From: Candidatus Omnitrophota bacterium
GTDB taxonomy: Bacteria > Omnitrophota > Gorgyraeia > Gygaellales > Profunditerraquicolaceae
Assembly (NCBI GenBank): GCA_050012075.1
Contig: JBEKHW010000001.1
Coordinates: 132,766 to 196,765, forward strand
Length of the DNA stretch: 64,000 bases
Reading direction: 5' to 3'
Positions 12,001-24,000 of this stretch are shown here, one piece after another. How positions within the stretch are numbered: position 1 is the first letter of the stretch; each line of letters opens with the position of its first letter. The notes under the pieces are model-generated. The model did no database searches. It had not been told where the DNA came from and saw only the letters and a list, made by a program, of their open reading frames with translations. The translations under genes and the position numbers were made by a program.

Positions 12001-15000
12001 TTTGTGAAACGAATTCAAAAACAAGCTCCTTTAATGGCGGAGAGTGTTCCTGGCCAGCAAGATATGCCCTGAATGCCTCTAAGTAAGAATGAACTCCTTC
12101 AGTCAACTGCTCTATTTCTACCTGAAGGAGTATATCTTTATCAGGCGTAAACTCTTCAGCGATTTCTTTACCCTTAAAGCTTAATTTTAATCTTACCGGC
12201 CCGTTACCGGGAATACCCTTTATCGGCTCTGTGCCGGGATAGGAATAAGTAGCGGGGCTGCTTCCGACCAGGACTAATTCACGCTGCTCCGCAGAGCATG
12301 CATCCATAAGTCTTTCTATTTCTTTCAAATCAGTATCATATGCCTGTCCGTATATCTCACTTAAAACATCTGATGCCTGTATAAATTTCCCTTTTAGTAT
12401 CAGAGAACGCGCATGGTCTATACCGAGCGCTACCGGATACCTTGCCTCGTTTCTATTTACGCTTTCGCCATTAGTGCGCCGATATATATCCTCCTCCGGC
12501 AACAAGTAAGGTTTACTGGTTATAATGGAAAGCGGAATCTCCATGTTAAGACGTTTTGAATAGAAAGCTACCAGGCGCCCTATCTTTTCATTCCTGCCTT
12601 TCTTATTTTTCAACATGTTCCTTTCAATCCGACGCAAGGCTGGATCGGAAACGCCGTATGCCGGGCCCGCCTCTTGCCTGGACCATCCGCAGCAGAGCCG
12701 CAGAAGCACAAGACACTCACCCGGAGTCCGACAGATATTCTTTAAACTATCGAGCAATCTCCGGCCTGTCCAGACCTGGCACATCTCGAACTTGCTTTTC
12801 TCCTTCTTAGGCAAAGATTTCATGATCTTCTTTACGCTGTGAGGAAACCTAAAAGCCCCGTGCTTATCTATGGTCCTGCCGCATTCAAGCAGTATGATCT
12901 CTATGCGCTTGTGCGTGTGTTTTAAATTATCCATAAGTTTTGGTTTTGAAGTTTTCTCCAGGTATTCTTCAACCGGTTTATTTAATATAATATCGCAGAG
13001 CCCGAACTTCGTCCCAAGCCGCCTGTTATAAATATTCACCAGGCGTTTCAATTGGCCAAGAATCTTACACAGCTTTCTTACACCCGTTTCATACTTGGAT
13101 AGAGCTGAAAATGATATACCAAGAAGATCTGCTGCCTGTTTCAAGCTTAGCCCACAGCAGAGCCGCAGGAGTTTCAGGCGTTCTCCGTAATCTTTACAGA
13201 TATCCCTTAAGCTGGGCAGAAGCTCTTTCCCGGTAAAAAGCTGGCATATCTGAAAGTCAACACCACATCTCTTCTTTAGAAAATTAGCAATTTCCCTGAT
13301 TTCCGAAGGAATAATTTTACCAACCTTTTTATTCCTATGACGATAGAAGATTATCTGGCCCAGCCTCCCTTTCTGTGCCAATTTCAGTAAGCTTAAACAC
13401 CCTGATTCGCTTATGATAATTTCAATCCTTTGCCAAATTAGCTTGAGATTATCTTCCAATTTTAATTCCGATGTTTCTTCAAGGAATTCTGTCAATGATT
13501 TTCCTGTCCTGATATGGCTAACATCTAACTTTAATTTCAAAACCTTATTGGTAAAGTTAATAAATTCTCTTTGGAGCTTACGGCCGAAATTACGCTCGCC
13601 TCTTATAACTGCAGCCAGATGCCTGGTATTTATATGGTTACCGATTGAAGCTATGGAATAACTCTTAGCTTCCATCAAGGAACAGAGATACCCGATGCGC
13701 TCATTTGGTTTCTCCAGCTCTTTTAGTTTGGCAAAAATCTCGTTTGTTCCGTTCGCCGGAGAGCTACCGGTTTCACCCACGCTGCTATCCAGAAGGGCTC
13801 CCTCTTGGGGAACGACTTTCGATAAAGCAAGATTGTACCGGCTTAACGCAGTTACGACCTCTTTAAGGCTATTCTCTCCGAAACCTTCAACCCTTGAAAA
13901 ATCTTCTATTCTTTTGGCGCAAAGCTCTGCAATGGTCTTAATATTAAGTATTTCAAACGCTTTTATTACCCGTTTGCTGAAATATGCAAGTTTATATACC
14001 GGCTCCTCTTCTAACCTGTCAATATCTATGCCCTGGCTTAAATATTTCCTGTAATAAGCGATCTTCCCAAGAACTATCTTCTCTATCTGGCGCACCCGTT
14101 CGCGCGTTATCCGAAGCTGCTCTTTAAGCTCCTCAAGGGTTGCGGCATTTGTCCCTGGCTTGACCACAATCCTGGACAATAGTATTGTCTTCTCTCTATG
14201 GTCAAAGGAAAGCGCCGGACAATCAAGCATTCCCTGCACATCCCAGGTATTAGCTGCAGCCTGCTCTCGCATGACAACCTTGTATTGTGTCCGAATGCGA
14301 GGCTTCTTTGCGGGCTTTATTAATTCGACAACCGGTTCCTTGACGGTACGCTTCTGTGCAGCCTTTTCTTGCTGAGGAGCTTTTTTCAAGGCAGATTCTA
14401 TAATCTTAAGCATAGTGGCAAGATATGGCCCTAAGATTTCGAGAGTTATCATGTCGTTGTAGAATTTTCTATTCAGGGCATCATACAAACCGCGGTCATC
14501 ATTTTCATCAGGCAGCTTATAATTTTTATCCAAACCGAGCGCTGCTAAGGCGCCATGAAGCCTTGAATTCCATTCTTCATGCTCTGCTGCGATAATCTCT
14601 AACATCTTCTTTCTTCTCTTTATACTATCCGTAGCCAAGATGTGCCTGACATAATCTATCCTTTGGTATAGCTTATCCAGTTGCCTGTACACCTTTGAAT
14701 CATGCGTTATCTCGCCTGTGCCGCCGCAGGCCGGAGAGGATGCTTGGTGTGAAGAAAAGACGGGTATCCTTAGGCTTATCTTTCTTAAATTCGTATTGAT
14801 ATCAAAGATGGTGATGACGAATTCATTGCCTGTCTTGACGTTGTAGACGATTAAATTAAACTCCGAGATACTTCCGAATACCTTCAAGCGATAATCCCCT
14901 TTTGCCTGCTGGAACTTCTCGGCTTCAGCGCGCAAAGCGGATTCTTTCCACTTGCCGTCTCTATTCAAAAACTTATTATCTTTCTTCATCCACTCTGTCT

Positions 15001-18000
15001 GCAAATGAGACATAATACCGGAAGAACAGGATACAATGAATTCGGCTGCTGGAGCGCTTTTCTCTTCTGCGCCTCCTAAAACGACATGAGCTACCTCAAG
15101 CATGATCTCTGCTTCAGGCGCATCAGGATCAAACCCGCGAAGATGAATATTCTGGCCTTCTCCTATTTCATGTGTTTCCTGTTTAATACTTCTTTGTTTT
15201 ATGGCAGCTTCCTGCGCTTTTTCCCCAAGGAAAGAACAGAGCATTTTTAATATTTCCGTGCCTTGGGATTCCGAGGATCTCTTCCTTTCTTTTAGCAGAA
15301 CCTCAAGATCTCCCTGGCGTTTTATCAGGAACTTGAATTTACCTTCAGCAGTCAAGAGATCAATGGCTTCTTTAACCTTCCAGGCATATTCCCAAGACAG
15401 GTCGCCCTCTGCGACTTTATCCGTCAGCCAGATAAGGATATATTTTGCTGCTGTGGCAGTGAGTTTACGAGCCGCCGGAGAGCTGCCGGAGGAAATCAAG
15501 TGGATACCTGTCGGCACAGGAAGCATCTTTTCTCTAAGCACAGCCAAGACTTTAGCCGGCACTATGCGGCGCATCTGCTTAGCGTAGCGTTCCGAGAGGG
15601 TCTCTACGTCCTGGATCTCATGATTAGCTGCGAGCTTCGATAGCTCCCCTTCAAGAATAAAGTTAGCCTTGAGATAGGCCTCTTCATATTCCGTAAGCTC
15701 TGCTGGTCCGGAAAGTAAAGTCTTAAGCCGAAACCAGGTTGCAACAGACATATTTATCTCCGGAGACGTGGGGTCAGCAAGAACTGAATTCAGGCAACGG
15801 TATTGGTTCGTATCAATATGCTCCAGCATAGAGAAATGCGTTATACCGCGTAAGATGATGATAATAGAGCCGGGCATATCAGCCGCTAATTGCCCTATTT
15901 GCCCGCGCACCCCTTCATCGCGCAGCTTAACCATATTGGCTCCCGGCTCAATGTTTTCTTTCAGCAACTTAAGATAGGATTTCCTGTTACCGAAGTTCCA
16001 ATCAAGCCACGCTTCATGAGATCTAACCGACCATTCCAATGTTGAAACAAAGGTATCGAATGATAGTAGCTCGGAAACAGCGTGAATGTTCCTGTGACGG
16101 TGAAGCATTTCCTGTAATCCATACATATAACCCATTACCACATCCAGTTTTTCAGGGTTCCCCACTTTAAAATCACCTAAGAGATTTCTTTTGCTAAACT
16201 TATCGAGGATGCCTTCACACAACTGGCCATAGATTACCTTTAATTCCTCACGCTTACCGGAGTCTAACCAGCTTTTTACTTTATCGTAGCCCTCCATAAG
16301 AGGTAAGCCATAAACACCCAGCCCATTTTCGACAATGACCGTTACAGGCCGTTCCTGAACATTTGCTATTTCTACAATACGCTCAAATGCAGGAGAAAGA
16401 CAAGCAAATGAATTGCGATAAGCATGAAAATCAAATATCCCTATAATATCCGTTAGCTTCCGTGTCGGCGAAGCAGGGTTTGTGAAGAATTTTTCTATAG
16501 CAGCAGGCAGAATCTTTAAGATCTCTGCCCGGCTATGGACGGATGAGTTTGTAGGAGATGAACCTTTTTCCGACTTTTCTGCAAAGATATTCCAATCCTG
16601 CATATCTTTCTTCAACATCCTTGCTACCTGCATAATCTCATGGGGTAATTCCATAGAATCTACCAAACTAAGGTTATAGCCGTTTTCATATCCATACTTA
16701 CTAGCCTCGGCACATCTTATTATCCGTATAGATTTCTGGCCTTCAGGAAAGGCATCAATAATATATTCGTCTTCAGTGACCACCCAGAATAGTATGAATT
16801 GCTGTCCAGCTATCTTAATGATTTTAAAGAAGATATTTGATTGCTTTGGCTGCCTGTCCAAGCGCCTTTTTACTTCAAAAGCATGGGCCTCGCAGCAGGT
16901 ATTTAAATGCGCGTCGCACAATTCCGCTTTATGCGCCCTGATAAAATATACCGCCTTCTGCGCTATATCCTCGTATAATCCTTGAGCCGGAGAGCTACCG
17001 TATTGTTCATAATTGACCCGTAAATTAGGGATATTATTGAACCTCTCTTTATCTATCCCGGAAATGATGCGTTGCCTGAACCAATCCAGAAGCGGAGACT
17101 TAACATGGGCCAAGGGTTCTTTTTGCCCTTGTATGAATAGAAGCAGAACTTCCTGCGGCAAGGCCTCGCCAAAATCCTTGAAATCTTCCTGAAGGTAGCC
17201 GCGTACAAAAGCAGAAATTGCCTGCGGCACCTTATAACCCAAAATCTTGGGGATGGCATAGCGCAAGTCACAAATCATCTCAGCCAAGAATTGATCCCTG
17301 GTTAATCCGTCAAACTCAATGTTCTTTGAGGACCCCAGGTCAAAGATTACCGGCGGCATATCCAGGAACTGGTCTGCATTAAACCAGGAGTGCGTAAAGC
17401 CGGCATTATGCATCAGGCGCAACAAGCGCCCTCCTGTGCAAATAGCCGAAATAAATTCCTCTTTCGGAAGGAGATCGCATAAACCAAGGCTACGCCATTC
17501 CTGCAGGCTGTTACAGCCATATAACGTAAAGCCCAAAACCTCACGCTGGCCTTCATAGTAGGCCTCCCCTGGAAAATCATAGTAGAACCCGGGGAAAAAT
17601 CCTATCCCAAGCGGATAGCGTACCGATACGCGGTGTTGACAGAAATACTTTGAATGCCAGATATCGCAAGAAATAATAAAATCGCGGATGGATTCACTTA
17701 ACAGGCAGCCACCTTGCGGAGAAGTATGGTCTGGGATAATGCTTATCAACCCTTGAGCGTCTTTAGCAAATTTATAGTCTGTCCAACCGCTGCCCATATG
17801 CGGCAGCAAGGGCTTGCGCGTATCAAAAACAACTCCTTTAGCATAGAATTTAGTGATTGTAAAATCTTTATCATTCCGGGAAACGGAGATCGGGTATTTA
17901 AGCTCTGTCCATGTCGTGCGTAGGTTCTTAACACTGGGCTGATTGGTAGAAATCAAATTCAGCAAGGACGCGTAATCTTCCGCATCAATAAACGGAAGTA

Positions 18001-21000
18001 TATCCTTTTTAATAAATAGTTCTAAAGGCCTCTCACCGGAAGATACGGAAATATGTTCTGTCGCCTCATTGATAAATTTCCAGCAGGAGCCAGCCTGTTC
18101 AAGGTCTATCCCCACGCCTGAATACCGGCCCACAGGATCCAATAATGCCTCTGACGGATGGGTATTCAAATATGAGCAAGTTGCGGTTTTGATAAAGATG
18201 CACGTTGGGAATTGTTTTTCTCCTGAGGGGAGTTCTTCAAGCAATACCATAAAAGGCAAGGAGCGGACATCCAATAAACTATTGGCGAAGACGATAAAAC
18301 GGCTGCCGGGCCTCATGGCCGCCAATTTCTTGGTAATACCATCCTTTAGCTGGCTGCAAGAGCTGTCGTCAAAATAAAAGATCACGTCATAAGCCGAAAA
18401 ATCCTCTTCCCTGAAATCGCCTGAGAGCTGAGTTGGACGGCCATTGAGCAGGCTGACTTTACAGGTGGAAACCTTGTTAAGAAGCATCTTCTCTGCCACA
18501 TCTCCTACCTTTGACAGTTGCTTATCTACCTCAAATCCCCTTGCCTCGGAGCCAAAAGCATAAGATGCCACCAAAAGCGCCCGCCTGTCATCAATGCCGA
18601 TTTTCAGGAATTTGTCTCCGGGCCTAAGCTTTGCTACTGCAAGCGCTTCACTAATATTTTTAATACGTGGAGGCATAAATACACCTTCAGTTGCAGAACC
18701 TATGGGCTTATCGTTTTCCGGAGGGAAACCCCTGATTAGTCTTCCTTGATAAATCTTTTCATAGATACGCGCGATTTCTTTTACCATCGCCTTTCTATAA
18801 TCAACAAGCTGCCAAAATAACAGCTTTTTCTTGTCTAAAACAGCAGGAGAGCTACTCTTGGTTGAAGTAAGTTTTCGGGAGGCGATGTTGATTTTAACAA
18901 GGCATTCTCTAGCGGCATCAGCGATAAGAATATTGCCTTGATAACCAATAATAACGGCTGGTTTAAAGACTTTTCCTTTTGCAATCTCTTTATAAGTGCC
19001 GTCTTTAGGGTTAACTTTGAGCAGGCGTTCCTTAACAGTATCAGCGATAAAGATATTGCCGCGGTATAGGGTCATAATACTTCCAAGTGATATGCTTCCT
19101 TGCGCAATCTCTTTATAAGTATTGCCCCTGAGGCCAATCTCAATGATGCACCCTTTGACAGCATCACCAATATAAATATTGCCACCGCATCCAACAATCG
19201 TGTCAGAATAGGGGATCTTTCCTTTTGCAATCTCTTTATAGTAGCCGTTCTTAAGGTTTATTTTTATAAGTGATTTTTCACTGCTTATGGCATAGATACT
19301 GCCCAGGTACCCAATCATCCTTCTTATAGTCGGCATTCCTGCTGCTATTTCTTTGCAAGTGCCGCTTTTGGGATTGATTTTGAAAAAATACACTTTACCG
19401 TTATCGACAACATAGATGGCGCCCTGATATAAAATCATGACGGTTGGATCAACAAAAATTCCTTGGAGTATAGTTTTACAAGCGCCATCTTTAGGGTTAA
19501 TTTTGACAAGCGATTTATTGCCGTCAATTGCATAGAGACTGCCATTATAGGTAATTATGTTGGCAAGAATAGGCATCCTTATCTTTGTGATATCCTCATA
19601 GCTGCCATTCTTTGGATTAATTTTTATCAGGGTTTTACCAGTGCCATCAAAAACATAGATACCGCCCCTACAGCCAGCCATTGTTCTTGGATTACAGGTA
19701 CTACCTTTGGCCAGTGCTTTATGTTTCCGGTAAGGCTTGGTTTTTTCTGCCTCGGCTATAATCGTTTTGACAAATGAAATTAAAACATCAACGGTTTCTT
19801 TCTTGCCGTCAGCCGAAGATGATATTTCATCTTTTTTCTTCAGTTCTTCCTGGAAGAGAGAAATAAATCTTTTTAAGCTATCTTCTTCTTTCTCCACAAC
19901 GGCATCCTTACCGCCTAACTCTTTCAAATATGCCTTAAATCCCGCTTTAAGGATAGACAATATATCTTTTGCAGCAAATTTATTCTTAAGTGACCAGTAG
20001 GTAATGACAACAACATATTCGCAAAGGTGTTGGCCTGTTTCAAAACTAAGCAAGGCATTGAGTTTTATCTTTTCTACATGGGCAAAGTCAGCTAAACCAC
20101 GCAGCCTTATATTTGACTTACTAACCTTTTTTCTAAGCTTCTCTATACCGCCTATAGGAACCGTGCTCCAGAACCACTGCCTGCGTGAACGTTTCTCATG
20201 CGTAAGCGGCGAGAGTGATTTATGGATATATCCTAACTTTAAAAGTTTGGCAAGCTGGGTCATGGTGTTGACAGCGCATCTTTTCATATCCTTGACGGTC
20301 TTGATATCTTCGGGATAGATGAAGTATTCCGGCTTGGCGATATAGGCGATATATTCATGGGACGCCTTTACAGCGGCAGGCGCGCCGGTAAGTTTTCTTT
20401 TATCGGTAAAAATATAGGAATCGTCTCCGTTGCTTAGCAGAACGGGAACATCTGCTCTCCTGCTTCTTAATTCCTGCATTATCCCTGCTTCACGCTCTAA
20501 TACCAGAAGCCCTTCACCTTTTTTCCTGAATTTCCTTGCTAGATACGCGTGGCTATTCAGCTTTGTAATGGCCGTGCGGAACGCCCAGTCATCAATCTTG
20601 TAACCGGCAAGCGGATTAAGGGCCGCCGGCGAGCTGCCGCGGCTGTCTTTGCCGTTAACCTGACCGGCAGGGCTGCTGCCGATGCTCACTCCCGCCTCCA
20701 GATTGCCAGTAAGATGGCGCCTGCCACTATTCTCTTCAGAATTAGCGATGGAAGATGAAACTTCCCTTATTACCACACATTTGCCGCAGGTTATATCATG
20801 ACCGTTAAATCTATTAACGACATCTAAATCCAGAGGGCTGCTGTCCGAAAGAATTCTTCCATAATACTGAATGATATCCGGATTATTCGTGCCTAAACCG
20901 GGCGCAAGCCCTCTTAAGGGAACGAGAATCATTCCAGCGCCAAGGAGCCTGGCAATTTCTTCTTCATAATCCAGGACCTTTTCTACAAAGTCCTCCGGAG

Positions 21001-24000
21001 ATAAATCTGCGGTAATTTCCGTGCGCGGGCTTAACCCCCTGTCAATAAGCACCTTTTTACCGCCTACGCTGTTAGGCATCAGCAGCGTACCGCCTAAAAG
21101 CCCTCCTGTATCTTCGTCGCTGAAGATGAGCGCTATTGCATCAGGGTTATCGCGGATGATATTCTGCGTGCGCGTCCAGCACTCATCAGAACAGTAACCT
21201 ATAAATTCCGCAATCCAACCACGACAAGCCTGTATACGGATATTCCTTTTTAGCCCGCCTCCTGCCCCACCCAAACACTGCCTCTCTTCTTTAAATATCT
21301 TGACCCCTATATATTTCATTAATTCCGCCCTGGCAGCCTGCTCCACATTATCAAAAAGATGGGGTTTGATAAAGCTATCCACGAACTCTACTATTTTACT
21401 AATCCTTCCATAAGAAACAGGATTGTTGGCATTCTCCTTAAAATAGCTTCGCCAAGAAGGATTTTCTTTTAAAGCTGCGCTAAACAATAAAATGGCTATG
21501 CGAGGGGAGATATTTCTTACTGTGCCTATGGTCTTAAGCTGGATTCCTGTAAGCTGGAATAATGGTGCTACCGAAGAACCGCAGAAGAGGGATAATTTAT
21601 CTTTAATGGCTTTTAGCACCTCTAGCCTTTTCCCTATTGCCTCGGAGGCCAGGAAGGACAAGTCTCTTCCGCTGCTGTCTTTTCCTTTATTAAGCTTATC
21701 CTGAAGAGACGATACCTCTTCATCTATAAGCCTGATAATCTCTGCGGTGGTTTTTTCATACGGTTTCTCCGGATTAAGCCCCAGTTCAGACAATGCCGTA
21801 TTTAATAAAGCAAGCATGTTGCGATAATACGCCTCGGCTTGCCCAGTAAACTCTTGCGCTCTCCTTCTTGCTACTGCGATAACTTTTGGCTGCGGCATGC
21901 CGGCCGGCAAGGATTTAATCTCTCCCTTCTTATAGGCATCTAAGTATTGCCTGTATATTTCCTCAAGCTTCAAATCGCTTCTGAAAAATTGACTTATTTT
22001 AAAACGGGTTATAGCTTCTAATAACGCAAGTGTCATCCTATCGGCTAAATTGACATTGTGCGGCAATAGATCCTGGAAAATATACGGATAAATGTTGTTG
22101 TATAATGCAGTAAAAGTAGCTACGCCTCCCCGCTTAAAAATTTCTTCTAAGACGGTATCTATCCCTATGGAGGAAATTAAAAAGCGTAATAAGGGTAGAA
22201 TGCGCTGATTTTCTCCAAGTGAAATAAAAATTCCCTGCAGATTGTTAACTCTGTCGTTTTCTAAAGCATAAGTTATCAGATGAGCGGAGAGGTCAAAACG
22301 TTCTTTCAACGGGAATTCCCTGTTATTTAGCATATGAATAATTTTTGAGGCCTTCTTGGAAAATTGTATCCTTTCTGCTGCCTCAACTGCGATATCCCCT
22401 GCTAATTCATGGTAGCCCGCATCATAGCATTTATTAATCCACCCCACCACATCAACTGCGCTTATGCCTGGGAGCTTGTTTTTCACTGCCTCAACTGCGA
22501 TCTTCCCTGCTGTGCTAGTCCGGCCGCTATCAAAACACTTGTTAATGTTCCCTACGATATCAGCTACGCTTATGCCTGGGAGGTTGTTTTTCACTGCCTC
22601 AACTGCAGAGCATTCCTTAATCCACCCCATCACATCAGCTGCGCTTATGCCTGGGAGGTTGTTTTTCACTGCCTCAACTGCGATATCCCCTGCTAATTCA
22701 TGGTAGCCCGCATCATAGCATTTATTAATCCACCCCATCACATCAGCTGCGCTTATGCCTGGGAGGTTGTTTTTCACTGCCTCAACTGCGATATCCCCTG
22801 CTAATTCAGGCTGGCGCCTATCATCAAAGCACTCTTTAATGCTTCTTATCACATCATCTATACTTATGCCTGGGAGGTTGTTTTTCACTGCCTCAACTGC
22901 GATCTTCCCTGCTGAGCTAGGAGAACCCATATAAAAGCATTCCTTAATCCACCCCATCACATCAGCTGCGCTTATGCCTGGGAGGTTGTTTTTCACTGCC
23001 TCAACTGCGATATCCCCTGCTAAACTACAATAATGCGTATCAAGGCACTCTTTAATGCTTCTTATCACATCATCTATACTTATGCCTGGAAGCTTATTTT
23101 TCACTGCCTCAACTGCGATCTTCCCTGCTAATTCAGGCCGACCACCATCACAACACTTCTTAATGCTTCTTACGACATCATCTATACTTATACCGTGGAG
23201 TTTGTTTTTCACTGCCTCAGCTGTAATCTTCCCTACTAGGCTAGGAAAACCCATATAAAAGCATTCCTTAATAATTCTTATGGCAGTGTATAAAATTAAT
23301 ATATCGTAGCCTAATTGCTGGCTATCTTGTAAATTTGGCAGTGAAATTTCGCGGATTAAATTTGGTAGTATTCCCGAATGTTTGGAGCTGATGTTTTGCC
23401 TATCCGCCCCGCCGCCCGCGCCCGCGCCGCATACCTTATCTTGCGCCGGCGAACTGCCGCACGCATTTAATACATCCTGGGGAGTGTTAGGATTTTTGGC
23501 AATGAACTGTCTTGTCTGTTTCCACAGCGGCCCTTGAAGCTCGCTACGAAAACCTATCCATAATTCCCTAAGGATCTGCGCAGGCGTTTTCCGGTTCAGG
23601 GCTATCGCGGTAATGATAAACCAATCTCCTTTTTGCTTTTCCGACTCCAATATCTTTCGAATGACCTTCTCTTCGCTTGATGACAGGGCCACTGCCAACC
23701 TTATGGCCGCATCTTTATCAGCCGCGTAACGGGCCTGAATGCGCCTATCCAGCCCGTCTATTCCTGTTTTGATTCTCTTATATTTTCCATTCCAGGCCCT
23801 GCCTTTTCTTTCTGTTAAATAAACAAAAATACGCCTGTTAAATCTTTGTAAAATTCTGGTAACGGCTTGAGTATGCCTGCCATATTCATTAATCAATTCC
23901 TTCTGATTCCAACCCAATCTTTTTGCTATGGCTTGCTGGACCCCTCCCAACCGGTCATCTTCCTGGCCCCGGTAATGGTGCAGTTCGTTCCTCACCAATA

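Noticed and set aside
14760-14960. RelE/ParE-like toxin similarity (GDYRLKVF...FVITIFD)
   Set aside because: The resemblance is too short and generic to support without a profile search.
22370-23290. Possible CRISPR array (conserved repeats with variable spacers)
   Set aside because: The period is 108 bp, all length changes are multiples of 3, the variable parts recur, it translates as a protein repeat, and no cas genes are present.
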